From NCBI GenBank assembly GCA_934757845.1, contig CAKVLQ010000001.1, positions 164,671-228,670 on the forward strand: a DNA stretch of 64,000 nucleotides, in the 5' to 3' direction. The notes under the pieces were generated by a model. That model was not told the DNA's origin and made no database searches. It saw nothing but the letters and a program-made list of their open reading frames with translations. Made by a program: the position numbers and the translations under genes. Below are positions 9,434 to 17,768 of the stretch, one piece after another. Each line of letters opens with the position of its first letter. The first letter of the stretch is position 1. The stretch is from an uncultured Clostridia bacterium (lineage in GTDB: Bacteria > Bacillota > Clostridia > Christensenellales > UBA1242).

Positions 9434-10507
9434 ATGAAAACAAAAAGATTAAAAATAAGTATAAAAACAATAATATTAATAATATCATTAATAATATTTT
9501 CATGTATGTCAGTAATCACCTTTGCGTGGTTCACCGACAAAGAAAGTTATTCAGGAACACTAGATTTTGGAACAATAGAACTTGATGTGAGCGGAACGGG
9601 CATAGACAACACAAACAAAACACTTAAATTTGATGTAACTCGAACAAATGGGACATACACCGCAGGTGGCAAGGTTATGCCAGGGGACACAGTAAATATT
9701 CCAATAAAAGTGAGTTTGACAAGTGAAAGTGAATCCGCTTACTATTTGATATTTTTAAGCGATCCAAAAGGGATATTTGAAAGCGGAGCATATTTTAGTG
9801 ATGACGGAACAAATGTCTATGTGAGTGATGGAACAAAGATATATAACCAAAAAACAAAGGCAACAGTTACCGATAAAATAGTAGGCAAACTATCAAAAGG
9901 GACAACAGGACATGATATAACAATAAGCGCAACAATATCAACTGATTTTGAAGAGCAGAACGCAACCACTCAAATCAACTGCACAGTTTGTGCAATTCAA
10001 CAAGCAAACCTTGAAGAAAGCACTGCAAAGCAAAAATTAAATGAAGAGTTTGGGATGGACCTGTTAAAAGTAAGCACACGAACAAAAGTTGATGAATGGA
10101 ATTATGATTTAAGTTCAAACGGGACAAAGAGGATTTTTGACGGAACAAAATATTATGTGGGATTAACTTCTAACAATTATTGGGGACAAAATAATGTAAC
10201 CGTTAGCAAGTTAGACGACACAGAAATTACAATAACTGCAACATATTCGGGTTACGGTCTTGGTTTTGATGTTTTGTGTAAGGCTGGTGAGCAATATTGC
10301 ATTTTGTTTGACACCGATGAAAATGGTTGCGTATTTTTGGGAAATTATAGTGCTGACGGGACGCCAATTAATGACGGCAAGCAAATAAAATCAGGGCAAA
10401 ATTTCACAGTGGCAGAAAATGTTACAGCATTTACAATAATTTTTAGAACACCAAACGATAATCTTTCTACTACATTCACAAATTTTAGACTTGTTAAAAT
10501 ATATTAA
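9434..10507 (+). CDS. TasA/CalY/camelysin-family protein with SipW-type signal peptide and an extra C-terminal beta-rich domain (357 aa)
   Basis: ATG at 9434 is preceded by GGAGGG. The sequence ..SVITFAWFTDKESYSGTLDFGTIELDV resembles the TasA signal/mature junction. It is a paralogue of the 13154 gene. The listed ORF start at 9344 is leader read-through. Confidence 0.8.
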   Translation: MKTKRLKISIKTIILIISLIIFSCMSVITFAWFTDKESYSGTLDFGTIELDVSGTGIDNTNKTLKFDVTRTNGTYTAGGKVMPGDTVNIPIKVSLTSESESAYYLIFLSDPKGIFESGAYFSDDGTNVYVSDGTKIYNQKTKATVTDKIVGKLSKGTTGHDITISATISTDFEEQNATTQINCTVCAIQQANLEESTAKQKLNEEFGMDLLKVSTRTKVDEWNYDLSSNGTKRIFDGTKYYVGLTSNNYWGQNNVTVSKLDDTEITITATYSGYGLGFDVLCKAGEQYCILFDTDENGCVFLGNYSADGTPINDGKQIKSGQNFTVAENVTAFTIIFRTPNDNLSTTFTNFRLVKIY

Positions 10508-10559
10508 AATATTTGGTTAAATTTTAAAATAAAAGCATTTAAAATTTTTGCAAAAACAG

Positions 10560-10588
10560 TTGACAAGGTTGTGTTTTTATAATATAAT
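10560..10588 (+). promoter_or_regulatory. Sigma-A-type promoter of rpmE
   Basis: TTGACA (10560-10565), 17-nt spacer, TATAAT (10583-10588). GAGGTG RBS lies before the ATG at 10619. Confidence 0.7.
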
Positions 10589-10618
10589 AAAGCGTATTTA
10601 CAAAAAAAGAGGTGCAAA

Positions 10619-10825
10619 ATGAAAGAAGGTATTCATCCAAACTATCATGAAGTTGACGTTGTTTGTGCTTGTGGCGAAACATTCAAAACAAAATCAACAG
10701 TTAGTGGCAACAGAATTAGTGTTGAAATTTGCAACAAATGCCATCCATTCTATACAGGCAAACGAAAACTTGTTGACAATAGCGGTAGAGTTGATAAATT
10801 TAAGAAAAAATTTAATATGGAATAG
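10619..10825 (+). CDS. rpmE: 50S ribosomal protein L31 (Zn-ribbon type)
   Basis: MKEGIHPNY..., with CACG...[10 protein letters not shown] cysteine pairs. Confidence 0.95.
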   Translation: MKEGIHPNYHEVDVVCACGETFKTKSTVSGNRISVEICNKCHPFYTGKRKLVDNSGRVDKFKKKFNME

Positions 10826-10943
10826 ATAGGGTTTTAGCACGGCTATTTGCTGTGTTTTTTGCTTTGAGCACAAAATCCTATACTTAATTTAGATTTTAGT
10901 TTCAAAGTAAAGCACGGCAAAAGTTGTGCTTTATTTTTTTGAT

Positions 10944-11750
10944 ATGGAATATATAAAAGCAAAAAATCAATTAAAACAAATTTATATAAATTTTCAAAAT
11001 TCAAATTTTTATGAAATTGACTACATTTTTTGTGAAATTCTTAAAAAACCAAAAACCGAACTATTGTTTTGTGGTGTTGATAAAAAAAGTTTAAAAAAAG
11101 CAATTAGAATTGTAAACATTCATTTAAAAACAAAAAAACCTTTGCAAAAAATATTGAAAAAAGCATATTTTTATGGGCTTGAATTTTATGTTAATAACAA
11201 TGTTTTAACTCCAAGATTTGATAGTGAAATTTTGGTTGAAAATGCCCTTAAATTTGATTTTTCGTCTTGTCTTGACTTGTGTTGTGGAAGCGGTTGTTTG
11301 GGGCTTTCTATAAAGCATTTTAAGCCAAATGTTGATGTTTGTTTTGCCGACATAAGTTTAAAAGCGTTAAGGGTTTGCAAAAAAAATGCAAAACATTTGA
11401 ATATAAAAGCAAAGTTTATAAAATCAGATATGTTTAGCAAAATAAATCAAAAATTTGACCTTATTGTTTGCAATCCGCCATATATTGAAACTGAAATTGT
11501 TAAAACTCTTGATGAAGAGGTTAAAAACTTTGACCCAATTTTGTCGCTTGACGGTGGCGAAGACGGATTGAAATTTTATAGAATTTTGCAAAATAATCTT
11601 GACAAATTTTTAACAAAAAACGGGAAATGTTTGATTGAAATTGGATATAATCAGGCAGGGCTGATAAATTTTTTTAAGCAAAAATTTGAAAAAGTTAGTT
11701 TGATAAAAGATTATAACAACAATGATAGAGTGATTTTGATAGAAAAATAA
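10944..11750 (+). CDS. prmC: Release-factor glutamine N5-methyltransferase
   Basis: TPRFDSEILVE, LDLCCGSGCLG (SAM motif) and the CNPPYI catalytic motif. ATG at 10944 follows a terminator hairpin; the listed GTG at 10926 lies inside that hairpin. Confidence 0.88.
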   Translation: MEYIKAKNQLKQIYINFQNSNFYEIDYIFCEILKKPKTELLFCGVDKKSLKKAIRIVNIHLKTKKPLQKILKKAYFYGLEFYVNNNVLTPRFDSEILVENALKFDFSSCLDLCCGSGCLGLSIKHFKPNVDVCFADISLKALRVCKKNAKHLNIKAKFIKSDMFSKINQKFDLIVCNPPYIETEIVKTLDEEVKNFDPILSLDGGEDGLKFYRILQNNLDKFLTKNGKCLIEIGYNQAGLINFFKQKFEKVSLIKDYNNNDRVILIEK

Positions 11751-11763
11751 AAAGGAGAATGTT

Positions 11764-12831
11764 ATGTTAGACAAACTAAAAAACATAAAAGATAGGTATG
11801 AAATGATAAGCGAAAAACTTGTTTCGCCCGAAGTTTTGAATGATAACAAAGAATATGTTAAACTTGCAAAAGAGCACAAAAATCTTGAACCTATTGTTGA
11901 AAAATATAATGAATATAAAAAAGTTGCTGATGACCTTAAAGACGCCGAAGAGATGCTTCAATTTGAAACTGGTGAAATGAAAGAATTTTTGGAAGCCGAA
12001 ATTGTTGAAAACAAAGAAAAAATTGCAAGCCTTGAAGAAGAAATTAAAATTTTGCTTCTTCCAAAAGATGAAAATGATGACAAAAACGTTATTATTGAAA
12101 TTCGTTCGGGTGCGGGTGGAGATGAGGCAGCATTGTTTGCAAGTGAAATTATGCGAATGTATATGAAATATGCTGAACGAAAGCATTATAAAGTTGAAAT
12201 TTATGAACTTAACGACACCGAACTTGGCGGAGTTAAAGAAGCAACTTTCAAAATTTCTGGAAACGGAGTTTATTCAAGATTTAAGTTTGAAAGCGGTGTT
12301 CATCGTGTTCAGCGTGTTCCTGACACTGAAACACAAGGTCGTGTGCACACTTCAACAATAACTGTTGCGGTGCTTCCAGAAGCACAAGATGTTGATGTTG
12401 AACTAGATGAAAAAGACCTTAAAATTGACACTTGTCGTGCTAGTGGTGCGGGCGGACAACATATTAACAAAACCGAAAGTGCAATAAGGGTTACCCATTT
12501 GCCAACTGGCATTGTTGTTTATTGTCAAGACCAAAGAAGTCAAGTGCAAAACAAAGAAACAGCACTTGCTATTTTGAAAACTAAATTATATGACAAATAT
12601 AAAACTGAACAAGACGAAAAATATGCTGAAAACAGACGAACCCAAATTGGAACGGGCGACAGAAGTGAAAGAATAAGAACTTACAACTATCCACAAGGAA
12701 GATTAACCGACCACAGAATTAATTTCACCGTTTATGCCTTAACCGAATTTTTGAACGGCGATATGGACGAACTTATTGATGCACTAACAATTGCCGACCA
12801 AAAGGCAAAACTTGAAAAAGGATTGGAATAA
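11764..12831 (+). CDS. prfA: Peptide chain release factor 1
   Basis: The SGAGGQHINKTESAIR GGQ motif, a PxT-type region and typical RF1 length (355 aa). Confidence 0.97.
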   Translation: MLDKLKNIKDRYEMISEKLVSPEVLNDNKEYVKLAKEHKNLEPIVEKYNEYKKVADDLKDAEEMLQFETGEMKEFLEAEIVENKEKIASLEEEIKILLLPKDENDDKNVIIEIRSGAGGDEAALFASEIMRMYMKYAERKHYKVEIYELNDTELGGVKEATFKISGNGVYSRFKFESGVHRVQRVPDTETQGRVHTSTITVAVLPEAQDVDVELDEKDLKIDTCRASGAGGQHINKTESAIRVTHLPTGIVVYCQDQRSQVQNKETALAILKTKLYDKYKTEQDEKYAENRRTQIGTGDRSERIRTYNYPQGRLTDHRINFTVYALTEFLNGDMDELIDALTIADQKAKLEKGLE

Positions 12832-13153
12832 CTTTTTTAACTAAAAAAGTTACAAAAAAGTTTGGGGGTTGCGATTCCCCCAACCCCCACAAACGCTTTA
12901 AGGATAAAAATATTTAAATTGATATTATAGAATTATTGTTATTTTATTATTAATATAATCACAAAATCAAAATCTTAACATAAATTTCACACGCTTAATT
13001 AACTTAAAAAAATTTTTGAAAATGTTATAAAATTTGTTTGACAAAATTGTTTAAAAAATGCAAAATATAAATGATAAAACAATTTGGGTTAAATATAATT
13101 TAAAATTTTGTTTAAACTAATATTGTAAATTAATTTTAAAGGAAGATTAAACA

Positions 13154-13753
13154 ATGGAAAAATCAAAAAAGAAAAAAGTTATTTTAAGTTTGGTTGCCGT
13201 TTTTGCACTTATCATTTGTGCTTGTGCATCAGTTATCACTTATGCATGGTTTACCGATAGTAAATCATATAATGGTGAACTTAAATTTGGAACGATTGTT
13301 TTAGATGTGACTGGTGGTGTTAGTGGAGAGAAAATTTCATTTACATATTCAAGAACAGGTGCAAAAACAGCAATGCCAGGCGACACAATCACTATTCCAC
13401 TAAAATTTACTCTTCAGGAAGGCAGTGAACCAGCATATTATCTTGTTTACATAACAGATGCTAATGGTGTGTTTGAAAGTGCGTCATATTATAAAGATGG
13501 AACTACAACATATTATCACAAAGATTCTAAAATCTATAACCAATCAACAAAAGCCGTTGCAACTCCAACAAATGTTGTGGGAACAGTTGCGGCAGGAACA
13601 ACCGTTGACTTGTCAATAGAAGCCAAAATTGCTGAAAGTACAGATAATACTTTTAAAGGACAAAAAACAACTGTAACTTGCAAAGTTATTGTAATTCAAC
13701 AAGCAAACTTAACTATGGCAAATGCAAAAACTCAACTTGATGCAGAAGCATAG
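13154..13753 (+). CDS. TasA/CalY/camelysin-family protein with SipW-type signal peptide (199 aa)
   Basis: MEKSKKKKVILSLVAVFALIICACASVITYAWFTDSKSYNGELKFGTIVLDV. Compare B. subtilis TasA ..GGGTWAAFNDIKSKDATFASGTLDLSA. AAGGAAG RBS. Confidence 0.85.
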   Translation: MEKSKKKKVILSLVAVFALIICACASVITYAWFTDSKSYNGELKFGTIVLDVTGGVSGEKISFTYSRTGAKTAMPGDTITIPLKFTLQEGSEPAYYLVYITDANGVFESASYYKDGTTTYYHKDSKIYNQSTKAVATPTNVVGTVAAGTTVDLSIEAKIAESTDNTFKGQKTTVTCKVIVIQQANLTMANAKTQLDAEA

Positions 13754-13767
13754 TTTAAATTAACAAC

Positions 13768-13800
13768 AAAAAATCCATGAATAATTCGTGGATTTTTTTA
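13768..13800 (+). terminator. Rho-independent terminator after the TasA-like gene
   Basis: AATCCATGA-ATAAT-TCGTGGATT stem-loop followed by a T-run. Confidence 0.8.
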
Positions 13801-13913
13801 AATTAATGGTGCTATTAATTTTCATTTTAACCCTTGACGATTTTTTTGAAAAATGCAAATAATTTTTTGCAACAAAATTCTTCAAAAATTTTTTTATTTT
13901 TTTTAAAAAAGTG

Positions 13914-13941
13914 TTGACAAATTTTTTTTGATGAGTAAAAT
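13914..13941 (+). promoter_or_regulatory. Promoter of the ctsR operon
   Basis: TTGACA (13914-13919), 16-nt spacer, TAAAAT (13936-13941). Confidence 0.65.
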
Positions 13942-13952
13942 TATTGGTGAAA

Positions 13953-13969
13953 GGTCAAAGAAAGTCAAA
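13953..13969 (+). promoter_or_regulatory. CtsR operator (direct heptad repeat)
   Basis: GGTCAAA-GAA-AGTCAAA matches the RGTCAAANANRGTCAAA consensus. It lies just downstream of the -10 box, as in other ctsR operons. Confidence 0.85.
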
Positions 13970-13987
13970 CTTTTAGGAGGAGCTAAT

Positions 13988-14440
13988 ATGAACAATTTGA
14001 GCGATATTATTGAAGATTTTATTTTAAACACGATTGGCGATGACCAAAGTTTAAATTTAAGCCGAAATGAACTTGCAAATTTTTTCAATGTGTCGCCAAG
14101 CCAAATAAACTATGTGTTGTCCACTCGTTTTACGCTAGACCGTGGTTATCAAACCGAAAGCAAGCGGGGCGGTGGCGGATATATAGTTTTAAAACGAGTA
14201 AATCTTGACGATAATATTTCAAAGATTTTAAAATCATTGAAGCCCGATTTAGACTTTACTTCTTGTTGTTATATTCTTGACAACCTTGAAAAAAACCAAA
14301 TTATAAATCAAAGCGAAGAAGAAATTATCAAAAGTGCAATTTCTCAAAAAGCACTTTCTTCACCTTTTAAAATTGAAAATAGTTTGAGATATAACATTTT
14401 CAAAAACATATTAATAAATTTAAAAAATAGGGGGAATTAA
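13988..14440 (+). CDS. ctsR: Class III stress-gene repressor CtsR
   Basis: NLSDIIE..., VSPSQINYVLSTRFT..RGY..ESKRGGGGYI signature. AGGAGG RBS before the ATG at 13988. Confidence 0.88.
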   Translation: MNNLSDIIEDFILNTIGDDQSLNLSRNELANFFNVSPSQINYVLSTRFTLDRGYQTESKRGGGGYIVLKRVNLDDNISKILKSLKPDLDFTSCCYILDNLEKNQIINQSEEEIIKSAISQKALSSPFKIENSLRYNIFKNILINLKNRGN

Positions 14441-14443
14441 TTT

Positions 14444-14938
14444 ATGAAATGTGAAAAATGTAACAAAAATGAGGCAACTTTCCACAGTGTTAAAAACATT
14501 AATGGAAAGGTTAGCGAAAAACATTTGTGCAGTGAATGTGCCAAAAATGAAAAGGAATTTGACAATTTTGACAAAGAGTTTTTAAATTTTAAACACCACA
14601 CAAACAGTTTCTTTGACGATATGATGAGTGATTTTAATTCAACATTATCTTACTTTACAAATCCAGAACTTAATAGTTTTCTTGATTTCGATGACTTTTT
14701 CTCTCGCCCTATGCTTAACCAAGATAAACCACAAAAACAAGAGAGTGATTGCCATAAAAAAGAATTTAGTGCAAAAAAATCTGAAATCACAAAAAAATTG
14801 AGCAACAAAGAGAAAACAAGGCTTGAAATTGCAAAACTTGACATATCTCTAAAAAAAGCCGTTGTTGAAGAACGATATGAAGACGCAGTTGTTATTAGGG
14901 ATAAAATTAAAGAACTTAAAAAACAACTTGAAAAATAA
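14444..14938 (+). CDS. mcsA: McsA-like UvrB/C-motif protein (only the first Zn-finger pair retained)
   Basis: MKCEKCNKNEATFH...CSECAK followed by a C-terminal UVR motif EERYEDAVVIRDKIKELKKQ. Located between ctsR and clpC. Confidence 0.7.
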   Translation: MKCEKCNKNEATFHSVKNINGKVSEKHLCSECAKNEKEFDNFDKEFLNFKHHTNSFFDDMMSDFNSTLSYFTNPELNSFLDFDDFFSRPMLNQDKPQKQESDCHKKEFSAKKSEITKKLSNKEKTRLEIAKLDISLKKAVVEERYEDAVVIRDKIKELKKQLEK

Positions 14939-14982
14939 TTTTAAAAACAAAAAAGTGCAAAAGCACAAAAGGGGGATTGATT

Positions 14983-17406
14983 ATGTATTATAATATAAAC
15001 GCAACCGAAGGTGTTAATGAAGTTTTGAAAAATGCATCAAATCTTGCCAAAAAATATAATAATGGCGAAATTGCAACCGAACATTTGCTTTATGGATTAA
15101 GTGCTTTTAAAGATTGCAAATCAAGCCAAATTTTGAAAGATTTTGGTGTTACAAGTGATAAACTTGAAGTTTTGCTTGCTCAAAATGGAGAAGAATCTTC
15201 GATGGAAGATAATGTTGACCTAACTCCAACCGCAAAACAAGTTTTTAGAGTGGCAAGTGAAGTGGCAATAGAACTTAATCACAGTTTTGTTGGAACTGAA
15301 CATTTGTTGCTTGCAATTTTGTTAAGTGAAGGCGTTGGTGTTAATTTGTTGCAAGAAGTTTTCTCGTGTGATATTGATAAAATGCGAGAAAGAGTTTTGA
15401 ATGTTTTGAAAGGAGATAATGTTAAAACTGAAACTACAAGCAGTGAAAATTCATCTTCACTTCCAAAAAATTTGCAAGATATGGGAACTGATCTAACACA
15501 AAAAGCAAAAGACGGAAAAATTGATGTTATTATTGGCAGAGATGACGAAATTGAAAGATTGATTGAAATTTTGTGCAGAAAAACCAAAAATAACCCTGTT
15601 TTGATTGGTGAAGCGGGTGTTGGAAAAAGTGCTATTGTTGAAGGGTTAGCACTTCGAATTGTTAAAGGAAATGTTCCAGAAGAACTTTTGGGCAAAACCA
15701 TATTTTCACTTGAACTTGGCGGACTTTTGGCAGGGACAAAATATCGTGGAGCATTAGAAGAAAAACTTAAAGAAGTTATTGAAACTATTATAAATAACAA
15801 AAATATAATAACCTTTATTGACGAAATTCACACTTTAAGCCAAGCAGGAAGTGAAAAAGGTGAAGTTAGTCCAAGTGATATGTTGAAACCTTATCTTGCC
15901 CGTGGCGAACTTCAAACTATCGGTGCAACAACAACTGATGAATATCGAAAATTTATTGAAAAAGATAAAGCTTTAGAGCGAAGATTTCAACCAATTTTTG
16001 TAAATCCACCAAGTGTTGAAGACACAATTTTAATTTTGAAAGGTTTAAGAGATAGTTTTGAAGCCTTCCACAAAGTTAAAATTACAGATAGTGCAATAGA
16101 AAGTGCTTGCAAACTTTCGGATAGATATATTACCGACCGAAACTTGCCAGATAAAGCCATTGATTTGATTGACGAAGCATCAAGCAAAGCAAAAGTTTCA
16201 AGTGTTCAATATCCACAAGAAGTGGTTACAAAAGAGCGTGAACTTGGTGTGCTTGAAAACAGTAAAAAAGAAGCACTACTTAACGAAAACTTTGAAAAAG
16301 CCGCTAAACTTCGTGATGACATTAAAAAGTTGCAAGACGAAATTAATGCCATTAAAAAAGAAAGCATGGGCGGAAAAGAATATAAAGAAATAACTGAAGA
16401 TGACATAAGAGAAGTTGTTAGCAAATGGACAAAAATTCCAATTTCAAAACTAAATATGCAAGAAAAAGAACGATTGCTTAATTTGGAAAGTATTTTGCAT
16501 GAGCGAATTATTGGGCAAAATGAAGCCGTTGAAAGCGTAAGCAAAGCAATAAGGCGTGCAAGAGTTGGTCTTAAAGACAGCAAACGACCTATTGGAAGTT
16601 TTATTTTCCTTGGACCAACAGGTGTTGGAAAAACCGAACTTTGCAAGGCATTGGCTGAAACAATGTTCGACAGCGAAAATGCAATAATTAGGCTTGATAT
16701 GAGTGAATATATGGAATCTCATGCTGTTAGCAAACTTATTGGTTCGCCACCAGGATATGTTGGGCACGAAGACGGCGGACAATTAACCGAAGCCGTTAGA
16801 CGAAAACCATATTCTGTTGTTTTGTTTGATGAAATTGAAAAAGCTCACCCAGATGTGTTTAATATTCTTCTTCAAATTTTGGAAGATGGAAGACTTACTG
16901 ATGGGCAAGGTAAAACTGTTTCGTTCCAAAACACAATTATTATTTTAACAAGTAATTGCGGTGTTGACGAACTTCCAAACAGTGCAAAACAACTTGGCTT
17001 TAATGCCGAAACGGAAGAAAAAACCGAAGAAGCAGAAAAAGAAGTTTTGATGAACGCATTAAAACGCAAATTTAAACCAGAATTTTTAAATCGTATTGAT
17101 GTTATAACAGTGTTCCACAAATTAACAAAAACTGATATTGCACAAATTGCAAGCATCATGATTAACAATCTAAACAAAAAGTTGAAAGAAAAAAATTTGG
17201 AGATTAAATTAACCGAAAAAGCCGTAGACTTTTTGATTGAAAATGGAACAAATATTCAATATGGTGCAAGACCATTAAGACGACTTATTGAACAAAAAAT
17301 TGAAGACCAAATTGCCGAAGATATGCTTTCTGGAAAACTTGACGGCAAAACTCAAATTGTGGTTGATAGTGAAGACGGTCATTTAACATTTGATTATAAA
17401 AATTAA
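14983..17406 (+). CDS. clpC: ATP-dependent Clp protease ATP-binding subunit ClpC
   Basis: Clp_N repeats, two AAA+ modules (GEAGVGKS, GPTGVGKT), a UVR-like linker (FEKAAKLRDDIKKLQ) and an LGF ClpP-docking loop. ATG at 14983 follows GGGGGA. Confidence 0.93.
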   Translation: MYYNINATEGVNEVLKNASNLAKKYNNGEIATEHLLYGLSAFKDCKSSQILKDFGVTSDKLEVLLAQNGEESSMEDNVDLTPTAKQVFRVASEVAIELNHSFVGTEHLLLAILLSEGVGVNLLQEVFSCDIDKMRERVLNVLKGDNVKTETTSSENSSSLPKNLQDMGTDLTQKAKDGKIDVIIGRDDEIERLIEILCRKTKNNPVLIGEAGVGKSAIVEGLALRIVKGNVPEELLGKTIFSLELGGLLAGTKYRGALEEKLKEVIETIINNKNIITFIDEIHTLSQAGSEKGEVSPSDMLKPYLARGELQTIGATTTDEYRKFIEKDKALERRFQPIFVNPPSVEDTILILKGLRDSFEAFHKVKITDSAIESACKLSDRYITDRNLPDKAIDLIDEASSKAKVSSVQYPQEVVTKERELGVLENSKKEALLNENFEKAAKLRDDIKKLQDEINAIKKESMGGKEYKEITEDDIREVVSKWTKIPISKLNMQEKERLLNLESILHERIIGQNEAVESVSKAIRRARVGLKDSKRPIGSFIFLGPTGVGKTELCKALAETMFDSENAIIRLDMSEYMESHAVSKLIGSPPGYVGHEDGGQLTEAVRRKPYSVVLFDEIEKAHPDVFNILLQILEDGRLTDGQGKTVSFQNTIIILTSNCGVDELPNSAKQLGFNAETEEKTEEAEKEVLMNALKRKFKPEFLNRIDVITVFHKLTKTDIAQIASIMINNLNKKLKEKNLEIKLTEKAVDFLIENGTNIQYGARPLRRLIEQKIEDQIAEDMLSGKLDGKTQIVVDSEDGHLTFDYKN

Positions 17407-17425
17407 TTAATTTGCAAAAAAACAT

Positions 17426-17465
17426 AAAAAACAGCAGTTTAAACAAATAAGACTACTGTTTTTTA
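17426..17465. terminator. Bidirectional terminator between clpC and the convergent small peptide gene
   Basis: ACAGCAGT..ACTACTGT stem (7 of 8 bp) flanked by an A-run and a T-run. Confidence 0.6.
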
Positions 17466-17471
17466 TATGTA

Positions 17472-17654
17472 TTAAACAAAATTATAAAAATTTCTTCCAC
17501 TGCAACTATTGCAAGTGTTGCAACCACTGCTTGTGTTTGATAATGTTAGTAACAGCAAAAGCAAGAAGTTGGTGTTTGTGTTAAGGTCAACATTTCCAGC
17601 ACTTGTGATAATAGACAAAAGCAAAATAAGCAAAACATCTTGTGAACTAACCAT
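17472..17654 (-). CDS. 60-aa two-TM peptide with C-terminal CxxCxxC motif
   Basis: Strong RBS (AAAGGAGGC, 5 nt before the ATG). Two hydrophobic segments, then SSGCNTCNSCSG. Divergent from the ArsR-family gene. Confidence 0.6.
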   Translation of the reverse strand: MVSSQDVLLILLLSIITSAGNVDLNTNTNFLLLLLLTLSNTSSGCNTCNSCSGRNFYNFV

Positions 17655-17710
17655 AAAAGCCTCCTTTCAACAAAATATTACTATATTTCTATTTATGTTA
17701 CAAAACTTTC

Positions 17711-17733
17711 AAATGTGCAAAAACTCACATATA
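17711..17733. promoter_or_regulatory. Inverted repeat ATGTG-N8-CACAT in the -35 region of the arsR-like gene (candidate operator)
   Basis: AAATGTGCAAAAACTCACATAT read directly. An extended -10 TGATATAAT lies at 17743-17751. Confidence 0.4.
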
Positions 17734-17768
17734 TAATTATTTTGATATAATAGTTTTAGGAGGAATTT

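Noticed and set aside
12855-12900. GC-rich hairpin TTGGGGG-TTGCGATT-CCCCCAA after prfA, with a second CCCCCACAAAC partner
   Set aside because: It is most simply the prfA terminator or insulator. The T-run is on the opposite strand, so it would work best against leftward transcription. It matches no known riboswitch and has no gene-specific context.
15279-16646. Long antisense ORFs inside clpC (173 aa at 15279-15800, 146 aa at 16206-16646), and similar ones in prfA, recN, dnaE and the 646-aa gene
   Set aside because: They lie exactly opposite strongly conserved coding sequence, have low-complexity S/L/F-rich translations and no RBS. This is the usual mirror-frame artefact of codon-biased genes.
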